Source of the DNA: an uncultured Pseudomonadales bacterium
Lineage (GTDB): Bacteria; Patescibacteriota; Microgenomatia; UBA1400; PJMF01
NCBI GenBank assembly: GCA_964464985.1
Contig: CAYXJQ010000007.1
Span: 8,150 to 32,149 of the forward strand
Direction of reading: 5' to 3'
Length of the DNA stretch: 24,000 nt
The notes below the pieces were generated by a model. The model saw nothing but the letters and a program-made list of their open reading frames with translations, was not told the origin of the DNA and searched no databases. A program made the translations under genes and the position numbers. The number at the start of each line of letters is the position of its first letter. Positions within the stretch are counted from its first letter, which is position 1. Shown here in pieces: positions 8,044 through 16,182 of the stretch.

Positions 8044-9969
8044 ATGCCAAATCAAAATCTGCCTCAGCCTAATATACCGGGTCAATCCAACAATCAAGTT
8101 CCTGTTTCTTCTACACCACCAACTACTGACAATTCAGATACATCGACAACTACTGTTTTCCATCAACCAACGCCTGGCATCTCTTCAAGAGAAAATCCGG
8201 CTGGTCGGCCACCGGCCAAACCTACTTTAACTCCAGACAAATCCTTGTCAGAACCAGCACCTTTGGGTTCTTCAGCAGTTGAGGATAAAAGTAAAAATAC
8301 AAACCTTCCTCAGGATAGTCAAAAACTGACTATGTCTCAAGATTTATTTAAAAGTGGAGCTGTAGCAAAACCACCCCAGCCTCAGTTTCCTAGTGGAACT
8401 AAATTGGCAACAGAGGCCACTACTTCTCCAATGAATAAACCTTTAGCCGATAATCTTAGTAGTTCTTCCAGTGATTTAGAGTCAAATCAGCCAGCGTCTC
8501 CGCCAAGTTCACCAACTCAAGCAGTTTCTCAGTCAACACCTTCGGCATCAGTTTCAAACACTCCTCCAACAGAAGACCCAAAACAAGCTAAAAAGATAAA
8601 AAAAGAAACTGGTAAAAAAGGCAAGCTCTCGTTGCCTAAGCCAATACTAATATTACTTGGCGTGTTAGTATTAGTGCTAATTGGTTTTTTAGTTTTTAGA
8701 ATTATCTCTGGTCAAGATAGTAGCTCGACTCCAACTCCAACTTCATCGACAGAAAATCAAATTAATGAGCCGGTTCAGCCAAAAGAAGTTGTTAATATTA
8801 TTTATTGGGGTTTATGGGAGGATGGAGAGATTTTGAGTAGTATTCTTAGTGATTTTGAAGCTCAAGAAGGAATTCGAGTTGATTATCGCAAACAATCTCA
8901 TCGGGATTATCGAGAGCGATTAGAACAAGCTCTCATTTCAGGTAGTGGACCGGACGTGTTTCGCTATCATATAACTTGGACACCGATGTTGAGAGAGCAG
9001 TTGGCAGCTATGCCTACAAGCATTATGTCTAATGCTGAATATCAACAAACTTTTTATCCAGTTGCCTACGATAGCTTGCAATTAGAAGGTCGTATCGTTG
9101 GTATTCCACTTATGTATGAAGGGTTGGTGCTTTTTTATAACAGAGAAATGTTACAAACTGCCAATATCAGTGTACCTACTACCTGGTCTGAATTGCGTAG
9201 CGCTGCTAACCAGCTAACTGTACCTAGTAACGTTAGCACTCGTCGGGATAACAATATCACTCAGGGAGGTTTGGCTATTGGTAATGCTAGTAATGTAGAA
9301 CATTTTTCAGATATTTTAGCCTTATTAATTTTGCAGAATGGAGGGGATCCGGCTGATCCAACTAGCCAGAATGTTGAAGATGCTCTAACTTTTTATACTA
9401 ATTTTTTAAAACAAGACAAGATTTGGTCAAATGATTTACCTAATTCAACGGTAGCTTTTGCCAGAGGTGAGGTGGCGATGATGTTTGCTCCGTCTTGGAG
9501 AGCCCTGGATGTTATGGCTATTAACCCTGAATTAGACTTCGCTACAGCACCGGTTCCTCAACTATCTAGTGAAGAAAAAATTACTTGGGCTAGCTTTTGG
9601 GCTGAAGGAGTTAATAAAAACAGTACTAAACAAGAAGCAGCTTGGAAATTTCTAAGATATTTATCTTCACAAGAAGTTTTAAGAGATTTTTTCAATAGTG
9701 CGAGTCTAATTAGGCCTTTTGGAGAAATTTATCCTCGCACTGACATGGCTAGTGATTTAAGTGAAGATCCCATCTTATCTGCTTTTGTTGAAGATGCTCC
9801 TTTTGCTCAATACTCTCCTATGGCTAGCAGAACTCATGACAATGGAATAAATGATCAAATTATTCAATATTATGCTGATGCAATCAACGCAGTATTAATG
9901 GGCACACAACCAGCTAAAGCTTTAGAAGATATCAGCATAGGTGTAAATCAGGTTATAGAAAGATATTGA
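8044..9969 (+). CDS. Membrane-anchored extracellular solute-binding protein (ABC family-1 SBP fold) with a ~200-aa Pro/Ser/Thr-rich N-terminal tail
   Basis: 641 aa. Residues 1-~190 are low-complexity P/S/T/Q. A Lys-rich stretch (KQAKKIKKETGKKGK) then precedes a single TM (ILILLGVLVLVLIGFLVF). After a TPTPTSS linker comes an SBP-like domain (NIIYWGLWEDGEILSSILSDFEAQEGIRVDY..., GEVAMMFAPSW). No permease or ATPase genes are adjacent. Confidence 0.75.
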   Translation: MPNQNLPQPNIPGQSNNQVPVSSTPPTTDNSDTSTTTVFHQPTPGISSRENPAGRPPAKPTLTPDKSLSEPAPLGSSAVEDKSKNTNLPQDSQKLTMSQDLFKSGAVAKPPQPQFPSGTKLATEATTSPMNKPLADNLSSSSSDLESNQPASPPSSPTQAVSQSTPSASVSNTPPTEDPKQAKKIKKETGKKGKLSLPKPILILLGVLVLVLIGFLVFRIISGQDSSSTPTPTSSTENQINEPVQPKEVVNIIYWGLWEDGEILSSILSDFEAQEGIRVDYRKQSHRDYRERLEQALISGSGPDVFRYHITWTPMLREQLAAMPTSIMSNAEYQQTFYPVAYDSLQLEGRIVGIPLMYEGLVLFYNREMLQTANISVPTTWSELRSAANQLTVPSNVSTRRDNNITQGGLAIGNASNVEHFSDILALLILQNGGDPADPTSQNVEDALTFYTNFLKQDKIWSNDLPNSTVAFARGEVAMMFAPSWRALDVMAINPELDFATAPVPQLSSEEKITWASFWAEGVNKNSTKQEAAWKFLRYLSSQEVLRDFFNSASLIRPFGEIYPRTDMASDLSEDPILSAFVEDAPFAQYSPMASRTHDNGINDQIIQYYADAINAVLMGTQPAKALEDISIGVNQVIERY

Positions 9970-9984
9970 TAAATAATTAGTTAT

Positions 9985-11016
9985 TTATTCAAGAATTTCC
10001 AGAATTGCCTTGGCTACTTTATCCTTATCATGTCTTAGTAAACTATGACTGTGACTTTGGTCATGACTGACTAAAATTGTAGATAATAAGTTACGTCTTC
10101 TAATTTTTAATTTTGCCCAATCAATTTTAGATAATTTTTTGTGTTTTTTAGCTTGATTGAGATTATCAAGGACTGGCCATTCATTTTGACTGGTATAGTG
10201 CTTAATTACCCTTGGGGTAATTTTTTCTCGATTAATAAGAATATAGTCTGGTTGGCGTTGACAATATTTAGTAACTTCTCCCAAGTGGTCTAGGGCCGAC
10301 ATTTGATGGGTTTGAGAAAAATGCGTCATTAAATTAAGAATATACACAAATTTTCCTCCAGCATTTAAATTATCTTGCAATGCTTTCGCAAAACCCTTAA
10401 CTAAAGAGTTGGCCAATAAACTAGCATATAGATCGCCCGGACCTAAAATGATTAAGTCTGCTTCTTTAATTGCTTGAGCAGCTCGATGATAAATTTTTTG
10501 GGGGCTTTTAAATTTTATTTTTTTAATTTTTTGACCGCCGAGCTTTGGATCATCTAAATATTTTTCTCCAATAATTTGCCGATCCTCATAATCTATTACC
10601 AAGTCAGCTGCCTGTTCGCTGATCGGGTAGACTCGACCAGCAATTTCAAAAATTTTACTGGCAATTTCAATAGCTCTGGCAGAACTGTCTTTACGTTGTT
10701 TAGCTAGATCTTCAAGCGCTGTCAAAATTAAGTTGCCTAAATTATGTCCCTTAAGACTAGATTGTTCACTGAATCGATACAAAAGGATGTCGCGAATTAA
10801 AGGTTCATTTTCTCCAGTTGCTAAGGCAGCTAAGCATTGGCGTAGATCTCCAGCTGGTAGAAAACCAAATTCATCACGAAGTCGACCAGTAGAGCCACCG
10901 TTATCCGAAACTACTACAATAGCAGTGATTGCTAGTTGAGGATATTGTTTTAAGCCACTCAAAACTACTGCGGTACCAGTTCCACCACCAATAACCACTA
11001 TTTTTTTCTTTTTCAT
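9985..11016 (-). CDS. yvcK: YvcK/CofD-family protein (UPF0052, gluconeogenesis-factor-like)
   Basis: 343 aa. The N-terminus KIVVIGGGTGTAVVLSGLK...ITAIVVVSDNGGSTGRLRDEFGFLPAGDLRQCLAAL is the typical YvcK/CofD signature. Confidence 0.85.
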   Translation of the reverse strand: MKKKKIVVIGGGTGTAVVLSGLKQYPQLAITAIVVVSDNGGSTGRLRDEFGFLPAGDLRQCLAALATGENEPLIRDILLYRFSEQSSLKGHNLGNLILTALEDLAKQRKDSSARAIEIASKIFEIAGRVYPISEQAADLVIDYEDRQIIGEKYLDDPKLGGQKIKKIKFKSPQKIYHRAAQAIKEADLIILGPGDLYASLLANSLVKGFAKALQDNLNAGGKFVYILNLMTHFSQTHQMSALDHLGEVTKYCQRQPDYILINREKITPRVIKHYTSQNEWPVLDNLNQAKKHKKLSKIDWAKLKIRRRNLLSTILVSHDQSHSHSLLRHDKDKVAKAILEILE

Positions 11017-11058
11017 TTTGCCTTTTTATTTTAACAGATCATTGGTTAGAATAGGTTT

Positions 11059-11544
11059 ATGGACTTACCAGAAGAACTAAAGATAATTTTACGAGTGAGA
11101 CAGCGCAGTCATAGCCAACTAACACTGGTAACTGGAGTTTTTGATGTTTTGCACCATCAACATCGGCAGTTTCTACAAGCTGCTAAAAAACTTTCTAGTA
11201 TTTTACTAATAGGTTTAGAAACTGATCAGCGAGTCAGACAATTAAAGGGTCGAGGGCGACCAATTAATTCTGTAGCCAAACGTAAAGAAAATCTGCAACA
11301 ATGGGGTATAGCTGATGTTATTTTTGTTTTACCAACTAATTTTGATCAGGAACAAGTGAGACGATCTTGGTTAGAGCTTATTAAGCCAGATTATTTGGCT
11401 GTATCTAGTCATACTCCCTTTTTAGCTATTAAAAAGAAGGAGCTTAAAGCTGTAGGTGGTAAAGTTAAAATAGTTCATCAATTTAATCCTCAGGTTTCTA
11501 GTAGTAAACTAATTAATAAAGAAACTAAGTTAAAAAAGGAATAA
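11059..11544 (+). CDS. Cytidylyltransferase-fold nucleotidyltransferase (RfaE domain II / heptose-1-P adenylyltransferase-like)
   Basis: 161 aa. TLVTGVFDVLHHQHRQFLQAAKKLSSILLIGLETDQRVRQLKGRGRPINSVAKR parallels the GxFDxxHxGH...KG..RP motif block of RfaE-II/TagD-type enzymes. The HxGH motif here reads HHQH. The gene ends 4 nt before radA, so the two are probably co-transcribed. Confidence 0.7.
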   Translation: MDLPEELKIILRVRQRSHSQLTLVTGVFDVLHHQHRQFLQAAKKLSSILLIGLETDQRVRQLKGRGRPINSVAKRKENLQQWGIADVIFVLPTNFDQEQVRRSWLELIKPDYLAVSSHTPFLAIKKKELKAVGGKVKIVHQFNPQVSSSKLINKETKLKKE

Positions 11545-11548
11545 TTAC

Positions 11549-12922
11549 ATGGCTAAGTCAGCTGCAACTCAATTTGTTTGTCAAAACTGTGGAGCTAGTT
11601 ATGCTAAATGGCAGGGTCAATGCACGGAGTGTCAGCAGTGGAATACTTTGGTTGAAGAAATATTGACTCAACAAAGTTTAGGAAAAAAGTCTTCAGTAAA
11701 ACTATCTAAAACAGCTTTAAGTAAAAAAATGCTGAATTTTTCTCAAGTCGAGCGTCTAAGCGAAGCAAAACAGCGCTTTCCAACAGCTATTGGAGAGTTA
11801 GATCGGGTGTTGGGTGGAGGTTTGGTGGCGGGAGTAACTATTTTAATTGGTGGAGAACCGGGAATTGGTAAATCTACGCTTTTAACTCAAATGGTGTTAG
11901 CGATGGCAGCTAATAATAAAAAAGACTTAAATATTTTTTATGTGTGTGGCGAAGAAAGTCCCAATCAAATTAGTTTACGTATAGAAAGAATGTTAAAAAA
12001 TAGCCAAAGTAAAAATTTACGTGGCAAGCTAAGTCAATCACTACAATTTATTACCAGTAGTGATGTGGATGAAATTACTGCACTGATGTCAACTAAAAAA
12101 CCAAATTTAGTGATTGTTGACAGTATTCAATCAGTGACAACCAGTGATTTGAGTGGGGCTAGTGGCAGTGTTGGGCAAATTAGAGAATCCAGTGCTCGAT
12201 TAATTGATCAAGCTAAGGCCTTGGGGATTCCGGTATTCTTAGTTGGTCACATTACTAAAGACGGAGCAATAGCTGGTCCTAAAATTTTAGAACATATGGT
12301 TGATACAGTTTTACTGATGGAGGGAGAGAGATCTGGTCAATTGAGAATGTTGCGTTCATTGAAGAATCGCTTTGGGGCTAGTGATGAAGTGGGTATTTTT
12401 CAAGCTGTGGATTGGGGTTTAAGTGAAGTTAGCAATCCAAGCGAACTCTTTTTAGAAAACCAAGATCAAGCTGTTAGTGGAGCAGCCACTGTTTGTGTTA
12501 TGGAAGGTACAAGACCTTTGTTGGCAGAGGTTCAAGCGCTAGTTGTTGCTAGTCAATTGGCAATGCCACGTCGAGTTGGTCGAGGAATTGACCTTAATCG
12601 TATTCAGGTCTTAGCAGCTGTTTTACAAAAGCATGCACGTTTAGCCTTAAGCAATTATGATGTTTTTGTCTCAGCTGCTGGGGGATTCAAGCTCAGTGAG
12701 CCAGCTGTTGACTTAGGTTTAGCAGTAGCAATTGCTAGTTCGCTGTCAGCAAAAAAAATTCCGCAAAAGACAGTTTTTATTGGTGAGATTGGTTTGTTAG
12801 GGGAGATTAGACAAGTGGCTTATTTTGAACGACGAGTAAAAGAGGCCAAGCGCTTAGGTTTCAAAAAGATTGTTTCCGCCAAGACTCACAAGCATATTAG
12901 TCAAGTGATTAAATCACTTTAA
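11549..12922 (+). CDS. radA: DNA repair protein RadA/Sms
   Basis: 457 aa. It has the N-terminal zinc finger CQNCGASYAKWQGQCTECQQWNT, Walker A GGEPGIGKST, the RadA-specific KNRFG motif and a Lon-protease-like C-terminal domain. Confidence 0.95.
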   Translation: MAKSAATQFVCQNCGASYAKWQGQCTECQQWNTLVEEILTQQSLGKKSSVKLSKTALSKKMLNFSQVERLSEAKQRFPTAIGELDRVLGGGLVAGVTILIGGEPGIGKSTLLTQMVLAMAANNKKDLNIFYVCGEESPNQISLRIERMLKNSQSKNLRGKLSQSLQFITSSDVDEITALMSTKKPNLVIVDSIQSVTTSDLSGASGSVGQIRESSARLIDQAKALGIPVFLVGHITKDGAIAGPKILEHMVDTVLLMEGERSGQLRMLRSLKNRFGASDEVGIFQAVDWGLSEVSNPSELFLENQDQAVSGAATVCVMEGTRPLLAEVQALVVASQLAMPRRVGRGIDLNRIQVLAAVLQKHARLALSNYDVFVSAAGGFKLSEPAVDLGLAVAIASSLSAKKIPQKTVFIGEIGLLGEIRQVAYFERRVKEAKRLGFKKIVSAKTHKHISQVIKSL

Positions 12923-13101
12923 TTTTTTAGCTAAATTTAGTAATTTCAAAATTTTAGGAGTTTTCCCTAGTTTTTCGCAAAAATGTGATTTTTTATTTTA
13001 ATGTGGATAACTTTGTTTTTTATCTCAAGTTATTGTCTAAAAAAAATAATATCGGACATCTAAAAAAAGCTGTTTTTTAAATTATAGGATATCATTAGTG
13101 C

Positions 13102-13129
13102 TTGTAAAAATTATAAAAACTGCTAAAAT
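13102..13129 (+). promoter_or_regulatory. Candidate sigma70-type promoter inside the radA-rho spacer (TTGTAA-16 nt-TAAAAT)
   Basis: The -35-like TTGTAA is at 13102-13107 and the -10-like TAAAAT at 13124-13129, with a 16-nt spacer. AT-rich DNA produces such matches easily. Confidence 0.25.
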
Positions 13130-13135
13130 TATTTT

Positions 13136-13554
13136 TGTCTTAGTACTTTAATTAAAACAGGAATTTCTAGCCGTTTTTCAAACGCTTAGATTAGTCTTTA
13201 GATGGATATAGATTAGTTTAAGGATGTTTTGAAAAAGGGTGGAATAAAAAATCCATCCCGTTTAAGTCTTGGGTTTTAAGGCAGTCAAGAACCTAAACAG
13301 AATGGATTGTTGAGAACATTGTTACCGCTGATAGTTCACAAATAACAATGTAATCCTGTCGTTGTTGAAAAATATCAACAACTGATCGCTTATTAAGCTA
13401 GCATTTTTTGTCGTCTTTGACAATTCTCGCTTAAGCTATAAAAAGCTATCAAAAAGTATCATAGCCGAGTAAAGCTGCCTACACGAAGAACTTTTTGTGG
13501 AATCTCGGTCGTTGGGCAGGCTACCGAGACTCCGCAGAAAGTTTTTTATTTTTT
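13136..13554 (+). ncRNA. Candidate structured non-coding transcript or long leader (unclassified)
   Basis: No ORF of >=60 aa exists on either strand. There are perfect hairpins at 13316-13351 (9-bp stem ACATTGTTA/TAACAATGT) and 13361-13382 (8-bp stem GTTGTTGA/TCAACAAC). The region ends in a strong plus-strand intrinsic terminator. I could not match it to tmRNA, RNase P, SRP or tRNA signatures. Confidence 0.3.
13491..13554 (+). terminator. Rho-independent terminator, plus-strand orientation
   Basis: The 5' arm 13491-13509 pairs with the 3' arm 13523-13541, giving 11 bp + 7 bp around a 1x1 mismatch, with a 13-nt loop. The stem includes two G.U pairs (T13498-G13534 and T13495-G13537) that would be C.A mismatches on the minus strand. 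It is followed by TTTTTTATTTTTT. Confidence 0.6.
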
Positions 13555-13562
13555 CTTTAGGC

Positions 13563-13591
13563 TTGATTTTTTCTCGTTTTTTTGTCATAAT
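13563..13591 (+). promoter_or_regulatory. Candidate rho promoter (TTGATT-17 nt-CATAAT)
   Basis: The -35-like TTGATT is at 13563-13568 and the -10-like CATAAT at 13586-13591, with a 17-nt spacer. It sits immediately after the terminator and ~90 nt upstream of the rho ATG. The rho ATG is preceded by GAAGG at 13670-13674. Confidence 0.35.
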
Positions 13592-13681
13592 CTCCTTGGT
13601 TTTCAGTTCTTATTAAGTGATGCCCCTTTTTTCTTATCTATTTTTTCAAAAAATGAAATTTATTATTTAGAAGGTAATTTT

Positions 13682-15019
13682 ATGCAAAACAGCCAAGATG
13701 TTTCTGTCAAAACTAGTGATACAAAAACTGACACTAAAGCAGAATCAGTTAATAAAAGTAAATCAACCACCCGGATGATTCGACGCCGAGTTGGTCAAAA
13801 TAACAATTCAAAAACGGATGATCAAAGAAAGACTCAGTCTGAAAACAAGGAAAAATCTACAAACAATAGTCATCAAAATATGAATAAAAATGAAGAAACC
13901 ACAGTTACTGGTATTTTAGATAATTCTAAAGACGGACATGGCGTGTTGCGTCCAGAATTTTCTGAATCAGAGCGTGATGCCTATATTGCTAGCTCACAAA
14001 TTCGTCGTCTTAGATTGAGACCTGGTGATTTAATTAGTGGTCCAGCTCGTCAACCCAAGGATAATGAGCGTTATTGGGGTTTATTGCGAGTAGATAGCAT
14101 TAATGACCGATCAGTAGAGGAATATCGCCAGTTAGATCGAAAAAAATTCTTAAGCTTAACTCCAGTCTTCCCAGATGAGCACATTAAGTTAGAAATAGAT
14201 GTTGAGCCTTTATCCCTGCGCCTAATTGACTTAGTAGCGCCAATAGGTAAGGGACAACGTAGTTTAATTGTTTCTCCGCCAAAAGCAGGTAAAACCACCA
14301 TCCTTAAAGATATTGCTTTGGGAGTAGCGAAAAACAACCCAAAAATTCACTTAATGGCAGTTTTGGTTGGCGAGAGGCCAGAGGAAGTAACGGACATTCA
14401 TCGCCATATTGCCATAATTACTGATGGTAAGGGCGAGGTGGCAGCTAGTAATTTTGATGAATCGGCGCAAAATCAATGCCGAGTTGCTGAGCTAGCTTTG
14501 GAAAGAGCCAAGCGTTTAGTTGAAGAAGGTCAAGATGTATTAATTTTATTAGATTCGATTACTCGTTTAGCGAGGGCTTATAATCTAGCTATGCCAACTT
14601 CAGGTAGAACTTTGTCTGGTGGTTTTGATCCAGCAGCTCTTTTTCCACCCAAAAGATTTTTTGGAGCAGCTCGTAATTTTGAGGTTCCAGGATCGCTAAC
14701 TATTATTGGCACAGCCTTAGTAGATACAGGTTCTAGGATGGATGACTTAGTTTATGAGGAATTTAAGGGTACAGGTAACCAAGAGTTGCACTTGGAGCGT
14801 TCTTTAGCTGAGAGACGAATTTACCCAGCAATTGATGTTCAGCGTTCTGGTACTCGTCGCGATGATTTATTAATTGATCCAGTTACTTATCAGTCTATAA
14901 TTACTTTACATCGTATGCTAGATATGTTGGGTAAGGATGAAAGAACTAGTACTTTAATTGATAAATTAAAAAGGACTAAGTCTAATAAAGAATTTTTAGC
15001 TTCTCTCAAGGGCGGTTAA
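13682..15019 (+). CDS. rho: Transcription termination factor Rho, with a non-canonical low-complexity N-terminus
   Basis: 445 aa. From residue ~76 it aligns by eye with E. coli Rho: GILDNSKDGHGVLRP, SSQIRRLRLRPGDLISG, Walker A PPKAGKT, ERPEEVT, LLDSITRLARAYN and RIYPAIDVQRSGTRR. Confidence 0.95.
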   Translation: MQNSQDVSVKTSDTKTDTKAESVNKSKSTTRMIRRRVGQNNNSKTDDQRKTQSENKEKSTNNSHQNMNKNEETTVTGILDNSKDGHGVLRPEFSESERDAYIASSQIRRLRLRPGDLISGPARQPKDNERYWGLLRVDSINDRSVEEYRQLDRKKFLSLTPVFPDEHIKLEIDVEPLSLRLIDLVAPIGKGQRSLIVSPPKAGKTTILKDIALGVAKNNPKIHLMAVLVGERPEEVTDIHRHIAIITDGKGEVAASNFDESAQNQCRVAELALERAKRLVEEGQDVLILLDSITRLARAYNLAMPTSGRTLSGGFDPAALFPPKRFFGAARNFEVPGSLTIIGTALVDTGSRMDDLVYEEFKGTGNQELHLERSLAERRIYPAIDVQRSGTRRDDLLIDPVTYQSIITLHRMLDMLGKDERTSTLIDKLKRTKSNKEFLASLKGG

Positions 15020-15024
15020 GCTTT

Positions 15025-16173
15025 ATGTTAAATAAAAACTTACATCAGCGTAGTCATAGAAAATCTAGACCTTTTGCCAAAGACTTGCAGGATTTTATTG
15101 TTTTTTTAAGAGCGTATGTCAAAATTCGTCTTTATGTGCTCTTTGATTTTTTTGAACGCCTCAAAGATGGTTTAGTTGCTGTTTTACATCAAAAAAGAGG
15201 TAAATATACCAGGCCATTTTTGCATTTTGGAACCATTGCTCTTAGTTTTGTGATGGTGATTTTTGGCCCACGTGTTTTAAGTGCTAGTGAGGAAGTGCCA
15301 GACGGTCAGTTGGTTTTGGCTACGCCTATTTTAGCAACTTCTACGGCTAGTGCTCCAGATTTTTATACCTATCAAGCAGAGGAGGTTCGTCAATATCGAG
15401 GTGGTGAAATTATTTCTCACGTTGTTGAGGAAGATGAAACCATTTCTAGTATTGCTGAAAGATACGGCTTGCGCAGCGAAACCGTTTTATGGGCTAACAA
15501 TTTAACAGAGAAAAGTACTATTAAACCTGGTCAAACTTTAGAAATTTTACCGGTTGATGGGGTAAGACACAAAGTTGTTCGAGGAGATACTATTTATTCG
15601 ATCGGTAAAAAATATGGTTTAAGTGGTTCTCAAGTACAGATGATTGTTGACTATCCTTTTAACGAGTTTCTTAACGATGAAACTTTTGATTTAGTAGCAG
15701 GACAGTTTTTAATGGTTCCAGAGGGAGAATTAAAACCTGTTGTAAGTATAGCAAGCACTTCTCGTAGTACTTTTGGAACAATTACTCCAGACGCAGGTAC
15801 TGTTTCAGCAACTGGAGCATTTATTTGGCCAGCTAGCGGAGGTATTAGTCAGGGCTATACTTTTTATCACAAAGCAATAGATATTTCTAATCGAGCTGGA
15901 GGGGCAATTTTGGCTGCTGATGCTGGTGTGGTGACGGTTGCCGGTTGGGTTGATGGTTATGGCTATGGCAATCGAGTAATGCTTGATCACGGGAATGGTT
16001 TTGTAACTCTTTATGCCCACTTAAGTGTGGTTCAAGTACGAGTTGGTCAAAGAGTAGGACGTGGCGACGTACTTGGTCAAATGGGTAGTACTGGTCGAAG
16101 CACTGGTACTCACCTCCACTTTGAAATTCGCCAAGGTGGCGCATTACAAAATCCACTTAATTTTTTGAGATAA
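15025..16173 (+). CDS. Membrane-anchored peptidoglycan endopeptidase with two LysM domains and a C-terminal M23 peptidase domain
   Basis: 382 aa with a TM segment FGTIALSFVMVIFGP. The LysM-like repeats are HVVEEDETISSIAERYGLRSETVLWANNL and HKVVRGDTIYSIGKKYGLSGSQV. The M23 metal ligands are HKAIDIS and GSTGRSTGTHLHFEI. It starts 5 nt after the rho stop. Confidence 0.9.
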   Translation: MLNKNLHQRSHRKSRPFAKDLQDFIVFLRAYVKIRLYVLFDFFERLKDGLVAVLHQKRGKYTRPFLHFGTIALSFVMVIFGPRVLSASEEVPDGQLVLATPILATSTASAPDFYTYQAEEVRQYRGGEIISHVVEEDETISSIAERYGLRSETVLWANNLTEKSTIKPGQTLEILPVDGVRHKVVRGDTIYSIGKKYGLSGSQVQMIVDYPFNEFLNDETFDLVAGQFLMVPEGELKPVVSIASTSRSTFGTITPDAGTVSATGAFIWPASGGISQGYTFYHKAIDISNRAGGAILAADAGVVTVAGWVDGYGYGNRVMLDHGNGFVTLYAHLSVVQVRVGQRVGRGDVLGQMGSTGRSTGTHLHFEIRQGGALQNPLNFLR

Positions 16174-16182
16174 GGTTATTTC

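Noticed and set aside
13230-13315. RNase P RNA-like strings: AAAAAUCCAUCCC resembles the P4 5' strand GAAAGUCCGGGC, ACAGAAUGGAUUGUU resembles ACAGAACCCGGCUUA, and AGGGUGGAAUA is also present
   Set aside because: The two P4-like strands are complementary but lie only ~45 nt apart, whereas ~280 nt of catalytic and specificity domain separate them in bacterial RNase P. No P1/P2/P3 context exists, and ~250 nt of extra sequence follow the 3' strand. This is most likely coincidence in AT-rich sequence, although a covariance-model scan would settle it.
13436-13588. 50-aa minus-strand ORF (MTKKREKIKPKEKIKNFLRSLGSLPNDRDSTKSS...) with an apparently strong AAGGAG 3 nt upstream of its ATG
   Set aside because: The Lys-rich N-terminus is simply the reverse complement of the terminator T-tract, and the ORF body is the terminator hairpin itself. 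The SD-to-ATG spacing is too short, and I recognise no protein family. The plus-strand terminator-plus-promoter reading explains the same bases better.
12923-13681. tmRNA, SRP RNA or tRNA in the long spacer
   Set aside because: There is no GGGG..UGA 5' end and no T-arm/ACCA 3' end (GGTTCGAATCC-type). There is no SRP domain IV motif (GGAAGCAGC-type) and no cloverleaf-compatible T-loop on either strand.
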